From: Octopus sinensis
Lineage: Eukaryota
Length of the DNA: 20,814 nt
Reading direction: 5' to 3'
Assembly (NCBI RefSeq): GCF_006345805.1
Contig: NW_021823900.1
Location: forward strand, 1-20,814
Part shown: positions 9,518-19,481 of the stretch, in pieces
Layout: every line of letters begins with the position of its first letter
Position numbering within the stretch: position 1 is the stretch's first letter
Made by a program: the position numbers and the translations under genes
The notes under the pieces: model-generated
Databases searched by the model: none
What the model was told of the DNA's origin: nothing
The model's input: the letters and a program-made list of their open reading frames with translations, nothing else

Positions 9518-10920
9518 TCATTAGTCACAGTGGAACAATTAAATTTTTCTATGTCACCAAGCACGTCAGTCAATTCCTGGTTTCATTAATGTCTTACTAG
9601 AAGAATTGCTGTAAGTTCTGTGAGTCTGGAAATACCATAAAAGATCTGATGCGAGACTCATTAATGGCAGAAGTAGTAAATGATCACATTTGCAGAGAAT
9701 TGCTATCTGAAAGAAAACTAAAGTATTTCTCAGTCCCAAGATATAGAACTTGTCATGGACAGTGCTGATAAGAATGTTAGTTGTATTGTTGCTACTGAAT
9801 TTGCTTATATACCATTCCAGTCTTGAGCAAACAATGCCGTCTTGGAGAACAAAAAAAGAAATAAGAATATAAAATCAAGGTTTTGCCTTTCTTCTGTCTT
9901 TTTATAACTTTATTGCCCAGAATGGGCTAAACATAGAGGGGACAAACAAGGACAGACAAAGGGATTAAGTCGATTACATCGACCCCAATGCATAACTGGT
10001 ACTTAATTTATCGACCCTGAAAGGACGAAAGGCAAAGTCAACACCGGCAGAATTTGAACTCAAAACGAAACAGCAGACGAAATACCTATTTCTTTACTAC
10101 TCACAAGGGGCTAAACACAGAGGACAAACAAGGACAGACAAATGGATTAAGTCGATTATATCGAACCCCATAACTGGTACTTATTTAATTGACCCCGAAA
10201 GAATGAAAGGCAAAGTCGACCTCGGCGGAATCTGAACTCAGACAAAATACCGCTAACGTTTCTGCCAGCTCGCTGCCTTGTTTTGCCTTTCTTGCAATGG
10301 AAAACATTCTCTTGATTCTTGACATTATAAAGAAATTTCTTTGTAACTTTTGTCCCAAAAATGGCTGCACATCACCAAACTGTTTGATCTCAAGCAATAT
10401 TCAAAGAATTTTCTAGAAAACTGACAAAATTAGCAGTGAAGAACCAGTGGATGAAACTAGGTCTATTGCAGACAGTGATTCTGATTTAGGAAATAAATTA
10501 TTGAAACTTTGGGTGATTTGTTTAACAGATCTTTGAATGGCTGCAATGTTGAGATGAAAGTTCACACAGGAGCAGCTATTTCACTGATCTGCTATACACC
10601 ACACTTGATAAGATATGGAGGAAACCTGAGAAGCTGAAATTTAAATCCACAAGCCAGAAACTATCAACATACCCTGAAGAAAGCAGCACACCATCTAGTA
10701 GTCGTGCAACATTCATGCACTATGTGGCCTACATTGTCATTTGCCGTTCGTCATTTTTTCTGCACCGCACTTCTGTGAAGGAACTAGTTACAAGTCATGT
10801 GACTCAGCTGACACCACATCCACCAGCTAAACGCTGTGACTGCCACATGTTCCGTTGAAAATGTTAGGGCGAACTATCCCAATATTTTTAAAGGGGAATT
10901 AGGTACATTTGAAAAGTTTT
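9518..10920 (+). pseudogene. Decayed Ty3/Gypsy (Mag-like) LTR-retrotransposon gag-protease remnant, interrupted by a SINE dimer
   Basis: Manual translation across frameshifts gives gag CESGNTIKDLMRDSLMAEVVNDHICRELLSERKL (9619-9720) and IELVMDSADKN; twin zinc knuckles CLSCNGKHSLDS* and CNFCPKNG..C (10284-10385); protease LNGCNVEMKVHTGAAISLI (10533-10589, D-to-H at the DTG motif), KLSTYPEE and ALL*RN*LQ (10767); then YPNIFKGELGTF (10875-10910). The order and motifs fit Mag-clade elements. Confidence 0.8.
9894..10279 (-). mobile_element. SINE family B dimer (headed monomer plus 5'-truncated monomer)
   Basis: Two tandem copies of ggctaaaca(t/c)agag..gacaaacaaggacagac..ggattaagtcgatta..aaaggcaaagtc. 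The tRNA-like head is at 10279 only. A single 14-bp TSD gttttgcctttctt at 9880-9893 and 10280-10293 brackets both units. Confidence 0.88.
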
Positions 10921-11317
10921 GCTTGCAAAACCTGAATAAAGGGTTTGTTGTGAGCCCTTAAAAAAATATGTAGTTCCACTTAGTGAAGAGAGTTTATTGA
11001 CAAAAACATGATAACAGATGGCATTGCAAGCATAGCTTGTTGATATAATTACAGATGTGATGGAATATTAGCTTTAAACATACCATTTACAAACTAGGGA
11101 GTGTCTAGTTTAAAGGAGTGCGTGTTTGTGGATTTTTATATCTTAGTCTCGTTTTTCTGAGTTGTCCTTCATTTTAGTAAAGTGGGAACCGTTTGTGGGT
11201 TCAGGGTTTGTGAAGATCACTTACAGTCATTAATATTGGTTGGTTTTCTTCATAGATAATCTTATTTGGCTTCGATAACACTTAGATATTGGTGTCTAGT
11301 TTTGGAGAGGTTCTGTG

Positions 11318-11350
<33 letters not shown>

Positions 11351-11486
11351 TACAAAGTAAGATAGGGGTTATAGTAATATCTGTAAGTTGATGATTGAAA
11401 TGAATTTGTTCCTCCATTTTCTTATTTGTATTATATATATATATATATATATATATCTTTATCTTTCTACCTATATATATATATAG

Positions 11487-11731
11487 GTCTCAAATTCGTC
11501 GCAGTGGGTTATATTTTTAGCAAAATGTGACCGCGTGTGTACCGTTGGCGATTTTCTCCCTCCGTCTTCCCTTCTTTGGATCTTTTCTTTTCCTATGTTT
11601 CTGACAAAGAGCTCCGCTCGAAACGTAAAACCCTCCTTCTTCCCTTCCTTCCAGAGCGTCCAATAATACTATATTTGTTCCACGTCCTCGCGTTGTTGTG
11701 TTTTCTCTTTGTGTTTTCATGTTTGGATTAA
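11487..11731 (+). mobile_element. Probable Penelope-like element terminal repeat (pLTR) fragment with a degenerate minimal hammerhead motif
   Basis: gtttCTGACAAaGAGCtccGCTCGAAAcgtAaaac at 11597-11631 has the topology of minimal type-I hammerheads of Penelope-like elements. It is followed by a T-rich segment and ends in (TA)n. It is flanked by inverted copies of atctttatctttctacc(ta)n. Confidence 0.6.
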
Positions 11732-11779
11732 CTATATATATATATATATATATATAGGTAGAAAGATAAAGATAGATAT

Positions 11780-12420
11780 GGCCAGTCTATTGGGTTACCT
11801 TGGGTTTCACATCTATAAAGCGCTCAGCTTTACAGTGTCTCTTTAGACCCTAGGCCAATGACCGCTTTAGCAAGTGGCCTCTTCTATAGAAGGTCAAAGT
11901 TGGGACTCTCCCTCATTCTCTTTTTCTCTCTCATTGCTCTCATGTGACCATCATCTATCTTTCTTTTCCTCACATTATCATCTTTCTTTTCCTTCAGGAC
12001 TGTGCTATCCTATCTCCCTCTTCTATCTTTTGTCTTTTCAAAGAAAATATTTCTCCAGCATTTGCTATTTTACCCTCATTTTGGTCTAACAACCCTCCAT
12101 GTTTGTTTTCATTCGGTTTCCTTGTATGTCTCCACTGTCCTGTTTTTGTTCCCAACTTTGACCCTCCATAAATCCCAAATTTTATTCTGGTACTTATGGG
12201 AGCAACTGTCTTCGAGGACTCATATTGTCATTCAATGCTCGAAATAAGGAGTAGATAGACAACCGACAACTGATGAAGGGTCGTTCTTTGTGTTTCTTGT
12301 CCTGTTTTCCATTTGTTTCTCTTGTTGTTTGCATATTGAACTCATTTGTTTCCGTATTTCATGTTGTTTATTATTGGTGACGTCCTGTACCCATTATATG
12401 CATATGTGTATATATTTGTG
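11780..12420 (+). mobile_element. Possible second, decayed Penelope-like 3' region
   Basis: Weak resemblance to a GIY-YIG C-terminus (..PLG.NDRFS, needing indels, at about 11845-11872), a long pyrimidine-rich UTR-like stretch, a gctcGAAAt...CTGATGAaggg segment at 12237-12280, and a T-rich end running into TA/TG repeats. Confidence 0.3.
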
Positions 12421-12529
12421 TGTGTGTGTACCCTTTTACCTTTTACTTGTTTCAGTACATGGATGCTTGTGTGTATCAGGAGCTTTATTATAGTCATGGG
12501 ATCACAAATCCACAGCACCGCCTAAGATA

Positions 12530-12935
12530 TGTGAACATGTAGCAAAAATACCAAGCATTCTTGCTACATGTTTCATATGTTCCAGGTGTGTGAACATGTA
12601 GCAGGAACACTAAAGTTCCAGATAATGTGAACATGTACATGGAAATGCCATGTTCCAATTGTATGAAACATGTAGCAGGAACACCATAGTTCCAAACGTA
12701 TAAGCATGTAGTGGAAATACCACAGTTCTAGGTACATGTGAACATGTAGCAGGAATGCTACAGTTCCAGATAATGTGAACATTTATATGGAATGTCACAT
12801 GTTCCATACAGCTATCTGAACATGTAGCAGGGACACCACAGTTCTAGATGTATGAACATGTAGTGAGAATACCACAGTTCCTGGTGTGTGAACATGTAGC
12901 AGGAACCCCACATGTTCCAGAGAATGTGAATGTTA
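12530..12935. repeat. ~37-bp minisatellite (about 11 units; consensus tgtgaacatgtagcaggaacaccacagttccaga)
   Basis: The (a/g)catgt anchor recurs at 12594, 12631, 12668, 12704, 12742, 12779, 12820, 12856 and 12892. Confidence 0.92.
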
Positions 12936-13131
12936 GAGAAGTGAGATACTGTAGTTTGTTTATCTTTTAGTTTTTTTTTATTACCTGGTAATATTAAAAT
13001 ATCTTGTTAAACATTGCATTAATTATGAATTCTTCATTACAGAATGTAAAAAAAAAATGTCGTTACTGTTGACAGATTAATTAAAGATTTTGTCTCAACA
13101 TGTAAAAGTGAGAGAATTTAAAGAAGGAAAA

Positions 13132-13179
<48 letters not shown>

Positions 13180-13585
13180 TAGTTATCGAACATTTTGGTT
13201 AAAGTGAAAAGAGATTAAAATTTGATTTAAAAATTAGTTTTGAGAAATGGCAGAAGTTTGAAACAAAATTTCTCATTGAAATTTTATAAAATCCACGTTG
13301 ATTAGCAGTTGATAGAGATTAAGAAAAAACAAAAAAATTGTGATCATTAAAACTAATAATGACAATGTTTAAGAGATTAATGGAGATTGGATCTCTTCAG
13401 ATCAGATCATAGAAAGGTACCATTTCTGTTAATCTTGAGACAGCTTAACAGAGCTGACCATTTTTTTTTTTTTTTTGAGTTTTGAAGATCTGATTAAATC
13501 TAACACAAAATCTGTGAATATTTCATATCTGCAGATTTAATCTGTGAATATTCAACTTGTGTTGTTTTGGGAATCAAGCATGAAA

Positions 13586-13668
13586 TCGTCATTGTCATCG
13601 TCACTATCACCATCATCATCATCATCATCATCATCGTCATCATCATCATCATCATCACCATCATCACC
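13586..13668. repeat. (CAT)n trinucleotide microsatellite
   Basis: Directly visible. Confidence 0.95.
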
Positions 13669-14207
13669 GATACATTGAGTAATGGGGTCACTTCAATGAG
13701 CTACAGCCTTCAAGCTGGTCCCCTAGAATGACCAAAAAACAAGTAAACAAATAAAAACACACAATGTACCTTGGGGTACATTATCTACAGTCTCATTCCT
13801 ATTTTCAAGGTGATATCAAGTAATTCAACATAGATTTAGCTGCTATTTCTTCCAGGTCAATCAACCCCATAGATGCTTCCCCCGTCACTGGTTAACTGGA
13901 TATGTACAGTATTCACCTCTCATTAATCCCTGTCAAATTTTTCTCTGGGAGTTCAGAATTTAAGAGTCAGAGCTGGTGACATTTCTATTATTTTTTATCA
14001 TGCTATTATTTTTTTCTGTGGAGTCTTCGCAGCCAGCTGCCAGCTGAGTTTTTCAGTTTAGCCTTGTTTTTATTTCATGATTTACTTCATGGCTTCACTT
14101 TTCCAACTCGCATACCCTCTACACTGTTGTATAAACAATGTGTAAACACACAGGCAGTGGTGCTCATATATACATACACCACAGAGTTGTACATGCTTTT
14201 GGCGAAA

Positions 14208-14550
14208 TCTTACTATAATTGGTGTTATGTCCGTTTGTCTGTCTGTACCCTCTTCATGGTCAAACGGCTGGACCAATGGTCATGATGTTTTTTAGGATTA
14301 CAAAGGAAGTAATCAGGAACGTTTTTAGCGAAAAAAAAATGTGAAAAAGTATGATTATTTAGTGGATATTGAGGGTAATTGTTCAGTTTATGGGTGTAAA
14401 AAAAGTAAATAAAAATTAAGGGGCAGGTAACTCATAAAAGAAGTAAAGGAAGTAAGTCAGCTTCTTACTATAATGGGCGTTTGGTCAGTTTGTCTGTCCA
14501 TCTGTCTGTCTGTCTGTTCCCTTTTCACAGTCAAATGGCTGGACCAATGG
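14208..14550 (+). mobile_element. Two tandem 5' fragments of a Helitron-like non-autonomous element
   Basis: TCTTACTATAAT...gtttgtctgtc...gtcaaa(c/t)ggctggaccaatgg occurs at 14208-14280 and 14463-14550. The first starts A|TC. taaggggcaggtaactc (14417-14433) resembles taagggaagtaactc in the Helitron at 6216-6716. No 3' CTAG end was found. Confidence 0.55.
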
Positions 14551-14775
14551 TGGCCGCGTGGTTAAGAAGCTCACTTTGCAATCATTTGATTTCAGGTTCA
14601 ATCCCAGTTAGACAGGTGTCTGTTACTACAGCCCTGGGTCTGTGCTTACCCCGTGTTTGAAGTCCTAAGGCTTTGGACAGGTACATGTCTTGCAAGACTA
14701 GAAATAGCACCAAAATCTCATTCAAATTGCACAATAACCTCTTAAGCAAAAAACAAGAAGGACAATTTGTATATA

Positions 14776-14942
14776 GGCATAGGAGTGGCTGTGTGGTAAG
14801 TAGCTTGCTTACGGACTACATGGTTCTGGGTTCAGTCCCACTGCATGGCACCTTGGGCAAGTGTCTTCTACTATAGCCTTGGGCCAACCAAAGCCTTGTG
14901 AGTGGATTTGGTAGATGGAAACTGAAAGAAGCCGGTCGTATA

Positions 14943-14991
<49 letters not shown>

Positions 14992-15220
14992 GTATGTGTG
15001 TGTATATGTTTGTGTGCCTGTGTTTGTTCCCCCAGCATCGCTTGACAACCAATGCTGGTGAGTTTATGTCCCCGTAACTTAGCAGTTCGGCAAAAGAGAC
15101 TGATAAAATAAGTACTAGGCATGCAAAGAATAAGTCCTGGGGTTGATATGCTCGACTAAAGGTGGTGCTCTAGCATGGCCACAGTCAAATGACTGAAACA
15201 AGTAAAAGAGAGTAAAAGAG
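14776..15220 (+). mobile_element. SINE family A, full length
   Basis: Runs from ggcataggagtggctgtgtgg to the gtaaaagag tail. Confidence 0.92.
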
Positions 15221-15574
15221 AATACAGTTCTAGATACACTATATCTGTTTAAAAAAAGACTTGATGGTCATGGCTGGGGCTCCTTTGATTAGCTACAATC
15301 AATAGGGATCACAGCTCAACCAGGGCTGATCTGGAAATAAATAACCATGACCAAGAAAGAATGGCCCCCAGCTAGAAATCCCAGCTTTATCATAAAGCTT
15401 CACCCAAACTGATCCTATAAATATTTGCTGTTGTTTAACCCTTGTTCAGCCATTTTAGCCATGGCTATCATAACTTATTTTCAGATACATTTTCCTGGAT
15501 TACATTATCTAATCTGTTCTCCCATTTTTAAGATGTTATGGTATGGTTTGAGGAGAATTTGATTGTTATTTCTA

Positions 15575-15981
15575 GCAGGAGTGGCTGTGTGGTAAGTAGC
15601 TTGTTAACCAACCACATGGTTCTGGGTTCAGTCCCACCGCGTGGCATCTTGGGCAAGTGTCTTCTGCTATAGCCCCGGGCCGACCAATGCCTTGTGAGTG
15701 GATTTGGTAGACGGAAACTGAAAGAAGCCTGTCGTATATATGTATATATATATATATATGTATGTGTGTGTTTGTGTGTCTGTGTTTGTCCCCCTAGCAT
15801 TGCTTTACAACCGATGCTGGTGTGTTTACATCCCCGTCACTTAGCGGTTCGGCAAAAGAGACTGATAGAATAAGTACTGGGCTTACAAAGAATAAGTCCC
15901 GGGGTCGATTTGCTCGACTAAAGGCGGTGCTCCAGCATGGCCGCAGTCAAAATAACTGAAACAAGTAAAAGAGTAAAAGAG
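15575..15981 (+). mobile_element. SINE family A, full length (subfamily with gaccaatgcc / agcctgtcg variants)
   Basis: Colinear with the other copies from head to tail. Confidence 0.92.
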
Positions 15982-16413
15982 AGAGAGAGCTCATGCTATC
16001 ACATAGCAGTTACCTTGCTGGCTCATAATAGATATATTATCAATAGATGACCAACCGTTTGTTGATAGTGAGTTTAATAGTGGTCAGTATACGACCAACT
16101 ATGATATCTTGAAGGTTTAATATAAATAGATGACCAACCATATTTTCCACTTTGTGGATGGTGCTATTAAACAGTGGTTTCGGCAAAAACAATCTGTTGG
16201 CAAATGTCGACAGTAGGATCTAAAAATAGCACCAGTAATTATCTCCAAGAATGCCCTAATTCATTTTATTGTTCAGAAATGGCCTTTTACATTTCAGGCA
16301 TGTTTCTGTTGATTTCTGTTGTTGCAGTGAAATATTTAGCATTGTTAATGACATTTCTTGTCAACATGCTAAATTGGTTGGCAGCAGAAATTTTCAAAGT
16401 TGAACTCCGTCAT

Positions 16414-16837
16414 ACTCTCTTTTACTCTCTTTTACTCTCTTACTGGTTTCAGTCATTTGACTGCGGCCATGCTGGAGCACCGCCTTTAGTCGAGCAAATC
16501 GACCCCAGCACTTATTCTTTGTAAGCCCAGTACTTATTCTATCGGTCTCTTTTGCCGAACCGCTAAGTGACAGGGACGTAAACACACTAGCATCGGTTGT
16601 CAAGCAATGCTAGGGGGACAGACACAGACACACACAAATACACACGCACACACACACACATATATATATATACATATATACGACAGGCTTCTTTCAGTTT
16701 CCGTCTACCAAATCCACTCACAAGGCATTGGTCGGCCCGGGGCTACAGCAGAAGACACTTGCCCAAGGTGCCACACAGTGGGACTGAACCCGGAACCATG
16801 TGGTTGGTTAGCAAGCTACTTACCACACAGCCACTCC
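16414..16837 (-). mobile_element. SINE family A, full length, same subfamily as 15575-15981, inverted
   Basis: The reverse complement gives ggagtggctgtgtggtaagtagcttgctaaccaacc...gaccaatgccttg...agcctgtcg...gtaaaagag. Confidence 0.92.
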
Positions 16838-17081
16838 AACATATTTCTCAGCACCACTCACTTATTACAAACAAGCTTCCAAATTTTGGTTTGAGAGACT
16901 TTTAAAAGAGTCCTTCTCAATAATCTAGTCTTATTCTTAACAATTTTTTAAAATTGCGGTGTCAATTCATTTGGCTAAATTTCTTCAAAGCAGTGCCCCA
17001 GCATGGCCACAGTCTAATGGCTGAAACAAGAAAAATTTCTTTCAAAAAATACAAAAACTGTCAACTTTAATCCTTTTCTGA

Positions 17082-17236
17082 CATGGCTGTATGGTAAGAA
17101 GCTTACTTCCCAACCACATGGTTCCAGGTTCAGTCCCATTGCATGGTATCTTGAGCAAATGTCTTCTACTATAGCCTTGGGCTTACCAAAGCCTTGTGAG
17201 TGGATTTGGTAGATAGAAACAGAGAGAAGCTCATCA
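17082..17236 (+). mobile_element. SINE family A head fragment (its first part is duplicated at 17571-17643)
   Basis: catggctgtatggtaagaagcttacttcccaaccacatggttccaggttcagtccc...gccttgtgagtggatttggtag. Confidence 0.82.
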
Positions 17237-17457
17237 TTAGAAAATTGTTAAAATATTTTCTGTATTGTACAACCAATTTATTACACATAAAATTTAACAA
17301 CCAAAAAGTTTATATATGGATCACCAAGGTCCATATGGGGCCGGTGGTCTAAATTGAAAACCAGTAGTCTAAATTAAGGGCATGTTTATTCCATATTCTT
17401 CGCATCTTTTCCTTTCAGTGTGTCATTTGCTAAGAACTAGGCTTTCTCTTCTGGGGG

Positions 17458-17858
17458 ATTTGGCTAAATTTCTTCAATGCAATGCCCCAGCATGGCCACA
17501 GTCTAATGGCTGAAACAAGAAAAATTTCTTTCAAAAAATACAAAAACTGTCAACTTTAATCCTTTTCTGACATGGCTGTGTGGTAAGAAGCTTACTTCCC
17601 AACCACATGGTTCCAGGTTCAGTCCCATTGCATGGTATCTTGATTTGGGGAATAGTACAGCCATATCCACTTCAAACGAGGTCACTTTGGTTGCAGAAGC
17701 TATCAACTACTACATGTAAGCATTCTCAACATCTGAAAGTATTATTTTTCATTGGTGTTCTTTTTCCTGTGCATCTGCTGCATTTAAGGTCCTTCTTCAT
17801 TGTCAGTTTGCTTGCAGTCTGATAACGTTACTGTACCCATTGTTTACATTTGACACAT
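17458..17858. repeat. Chimeric local duplication (copy of 16969-17154 joined to copy of 19188-19403)
   Basis: The 186-bp match has 3 mismatches and the 216-bp match has 1 mismatch, by manual alignment. Confidence 0.93.
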
Positions 17859-18100
17859 TCATTCTGACCCCCACAAATATATGTTACTGATGCCCATTAA
17901 ATTCTTCACAACACGCAATACGGAATTCCTAACAATTAAGACTTGAACTAGAATTGTCAAATAAAAAAAGAAAACAAGTTGGATGAATTTCGCTTGGCAT
18001 CAAGATTCTATTTTATCCCTCACCTGTCTCTGATTGAAAAGTTCTGCTGAAATGTACCGAGTTGATGAATCTGATAGCCTATATTCTAAATATAGGATCC

Positions 18101-18297
<197 letters not shown>

Positions 18298-18599
18298 TCA
18301 TCAGTCTCTTCTCTCAGCTCAAGCATTCACCTCCCACTCCTCCTAAACATGAACAATCTCAGATCTATGGTATTTTGTTGAGAACTATGAATCTTTTAAA
18401 CATGTGTTCAGAGATCTCTGGCTTTTTGGGGGGTTTTTTGGGGGGATTTTTGGTTTTTGGTGGCAGGGTGCTGTTTATTATAAAAAGAAGGTGATGCCTT
18501 GGTGATGTCTTTTTTAGTTTTTATTTCATGAAGATGAATCTTAAAAAACCCCTTAACTACTTCAAGCTTCCCCACCGCCCCACACATACACACATACAG

Positions 18600-18735
18600 G
18601 TGCTGGCCTGACTGTGTGGTAAAGAAATTCACTTTGCAGCTATATGGTTTCAGGTTCAGTCCTACTGTGTAGTGGGACTGAGCAAGTGTCTTCTATTTTA
18701 ACCCTTAGCCGACCGAATATTTGTAAGTAGATTTG
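18600..18735 (+). mobile_element. Highly degenerate family-A-like SINE head
   Basis: ctgtgtggtaaagaaattcactttgcagctatatggtttcaggttcagtcc...gagcaagtgtcttcta. A similar relic lies at about 14550-14640. Confidence 0.55.
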
Positions 18736-18736
18736 T

Positions 18737-19000
18737 TGTTGTTATTTGTTCCTTCTCGAGCCATGCCTGGCTCTTAAGGGCCTGTTTCCTTGTTTCATTG
18801 ACATACAGGTTCCCCACCTGGACAGGACAGCAATCCTTCGCAGGTGAACTGCTAGATGCAGGAGGAAAGGACGAGAGAAAGTTGTGGTGAAAGAGTCAGC
18901 AGAAGTTTGCCATTACCTTCTGCCAGAGTCACATAGAGCTTAGGTGTTCTGCTCATAAACACGTACATCGATCAATTTGAGATTCAAACCCACAATCCCT
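18737..19000 (-). mobile_element. SINE with a family-C-like 5' body but a different 3' tail
   Basis: Shares gagagaaagttgtggtgaaagagt(a)cagcag with 5953-5983, then diverges into ...ccaggtggggaacc...ggcccttaagagccaggcatggctcgagaaggaac (minus strand). Confidence 0.6.
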
Positions 19001-19161
19001 CGACGGGCTTCTTTCAGTTTCTGTCTACCAAATCCACTCACAAGGCTTTGGTCAGCCCGAGGCTATAGTAGAAGACACTTGCCCAAGGTGCCACGCAGTG
19101 GGACTGAACCCGGAACCATGTGGTTCATAAGCAAGCTACATACCACACAGCCACTCCTACG
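19001..19161 (-). mobile_element. SINE family A, 5' half only
   Basis: The reverse complement runs from gtaggagtggctgtgtgg to aagaagcccgtcg, ending where the internal microsatellite normally starts. Confidence 0.88.
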
Positions 19162-19481
19162 TAAAACAATACTTGCAAAATTTCTTCATTTGGGGAATAG
19201 TACAGCCATATCCACTTCAAACGAGGTCACTTTGGTTGCAGAAGCTATCAACTACTACATGTAAGCATTCTCAACATCTGAAAGTATTATTTTTCATTGG
19301 TGTTCTTTTTCCTGTGCATCTGCTGCATTTAAGGTCCTTCTTCTTTGTCAGTTTGCTTGCAGTCTGATAACGTTACTGTACCCATTGTTTACATTTGACA
19401 CATATTGTTTACATTGTTTACATTGTACCCATATTTCTGAGTTCATAGTCACTCCCCTTTATTACAGAAGAATTCTTCTTA

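Noticed and set aside
10767-10812. Clustered stop codons as APOBEC-like hypermutation
   Set aside because: Only two TGG-to-stop changes; the others fit a transversion and CpG decay, consistent with ordinary ageing.
12205-12280. Second hammerhead (cttcgagga...caatgctcgaaa; ctgatga)
   Set aside because: The core is non-canonical or in the wrong order and stem II is broken; it is not supportable from this copy alone.
12530-12935. 37-bp repeat as a CRISPR array or coding repeat
   Set aside because: No unique spacers, eukaryotic context, and unit lengths of 36-41 bp do not preserve frame.
13500-13691. Poly-Met ORF
   Set aside because: Antisense reading of the (CAT)n microsatellite.
16174-16524. 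116-aa ORF / exon after the acceptor at about 16295
   Set aside because: It runs into a SINE tail, has no convincing donor before the SINE, and shows no recognisable homology.
18421-18460. T/G-run stretch resembling telomeric repeats
   Set aside because: Irregular low-complexity sequence with no consistent unit.
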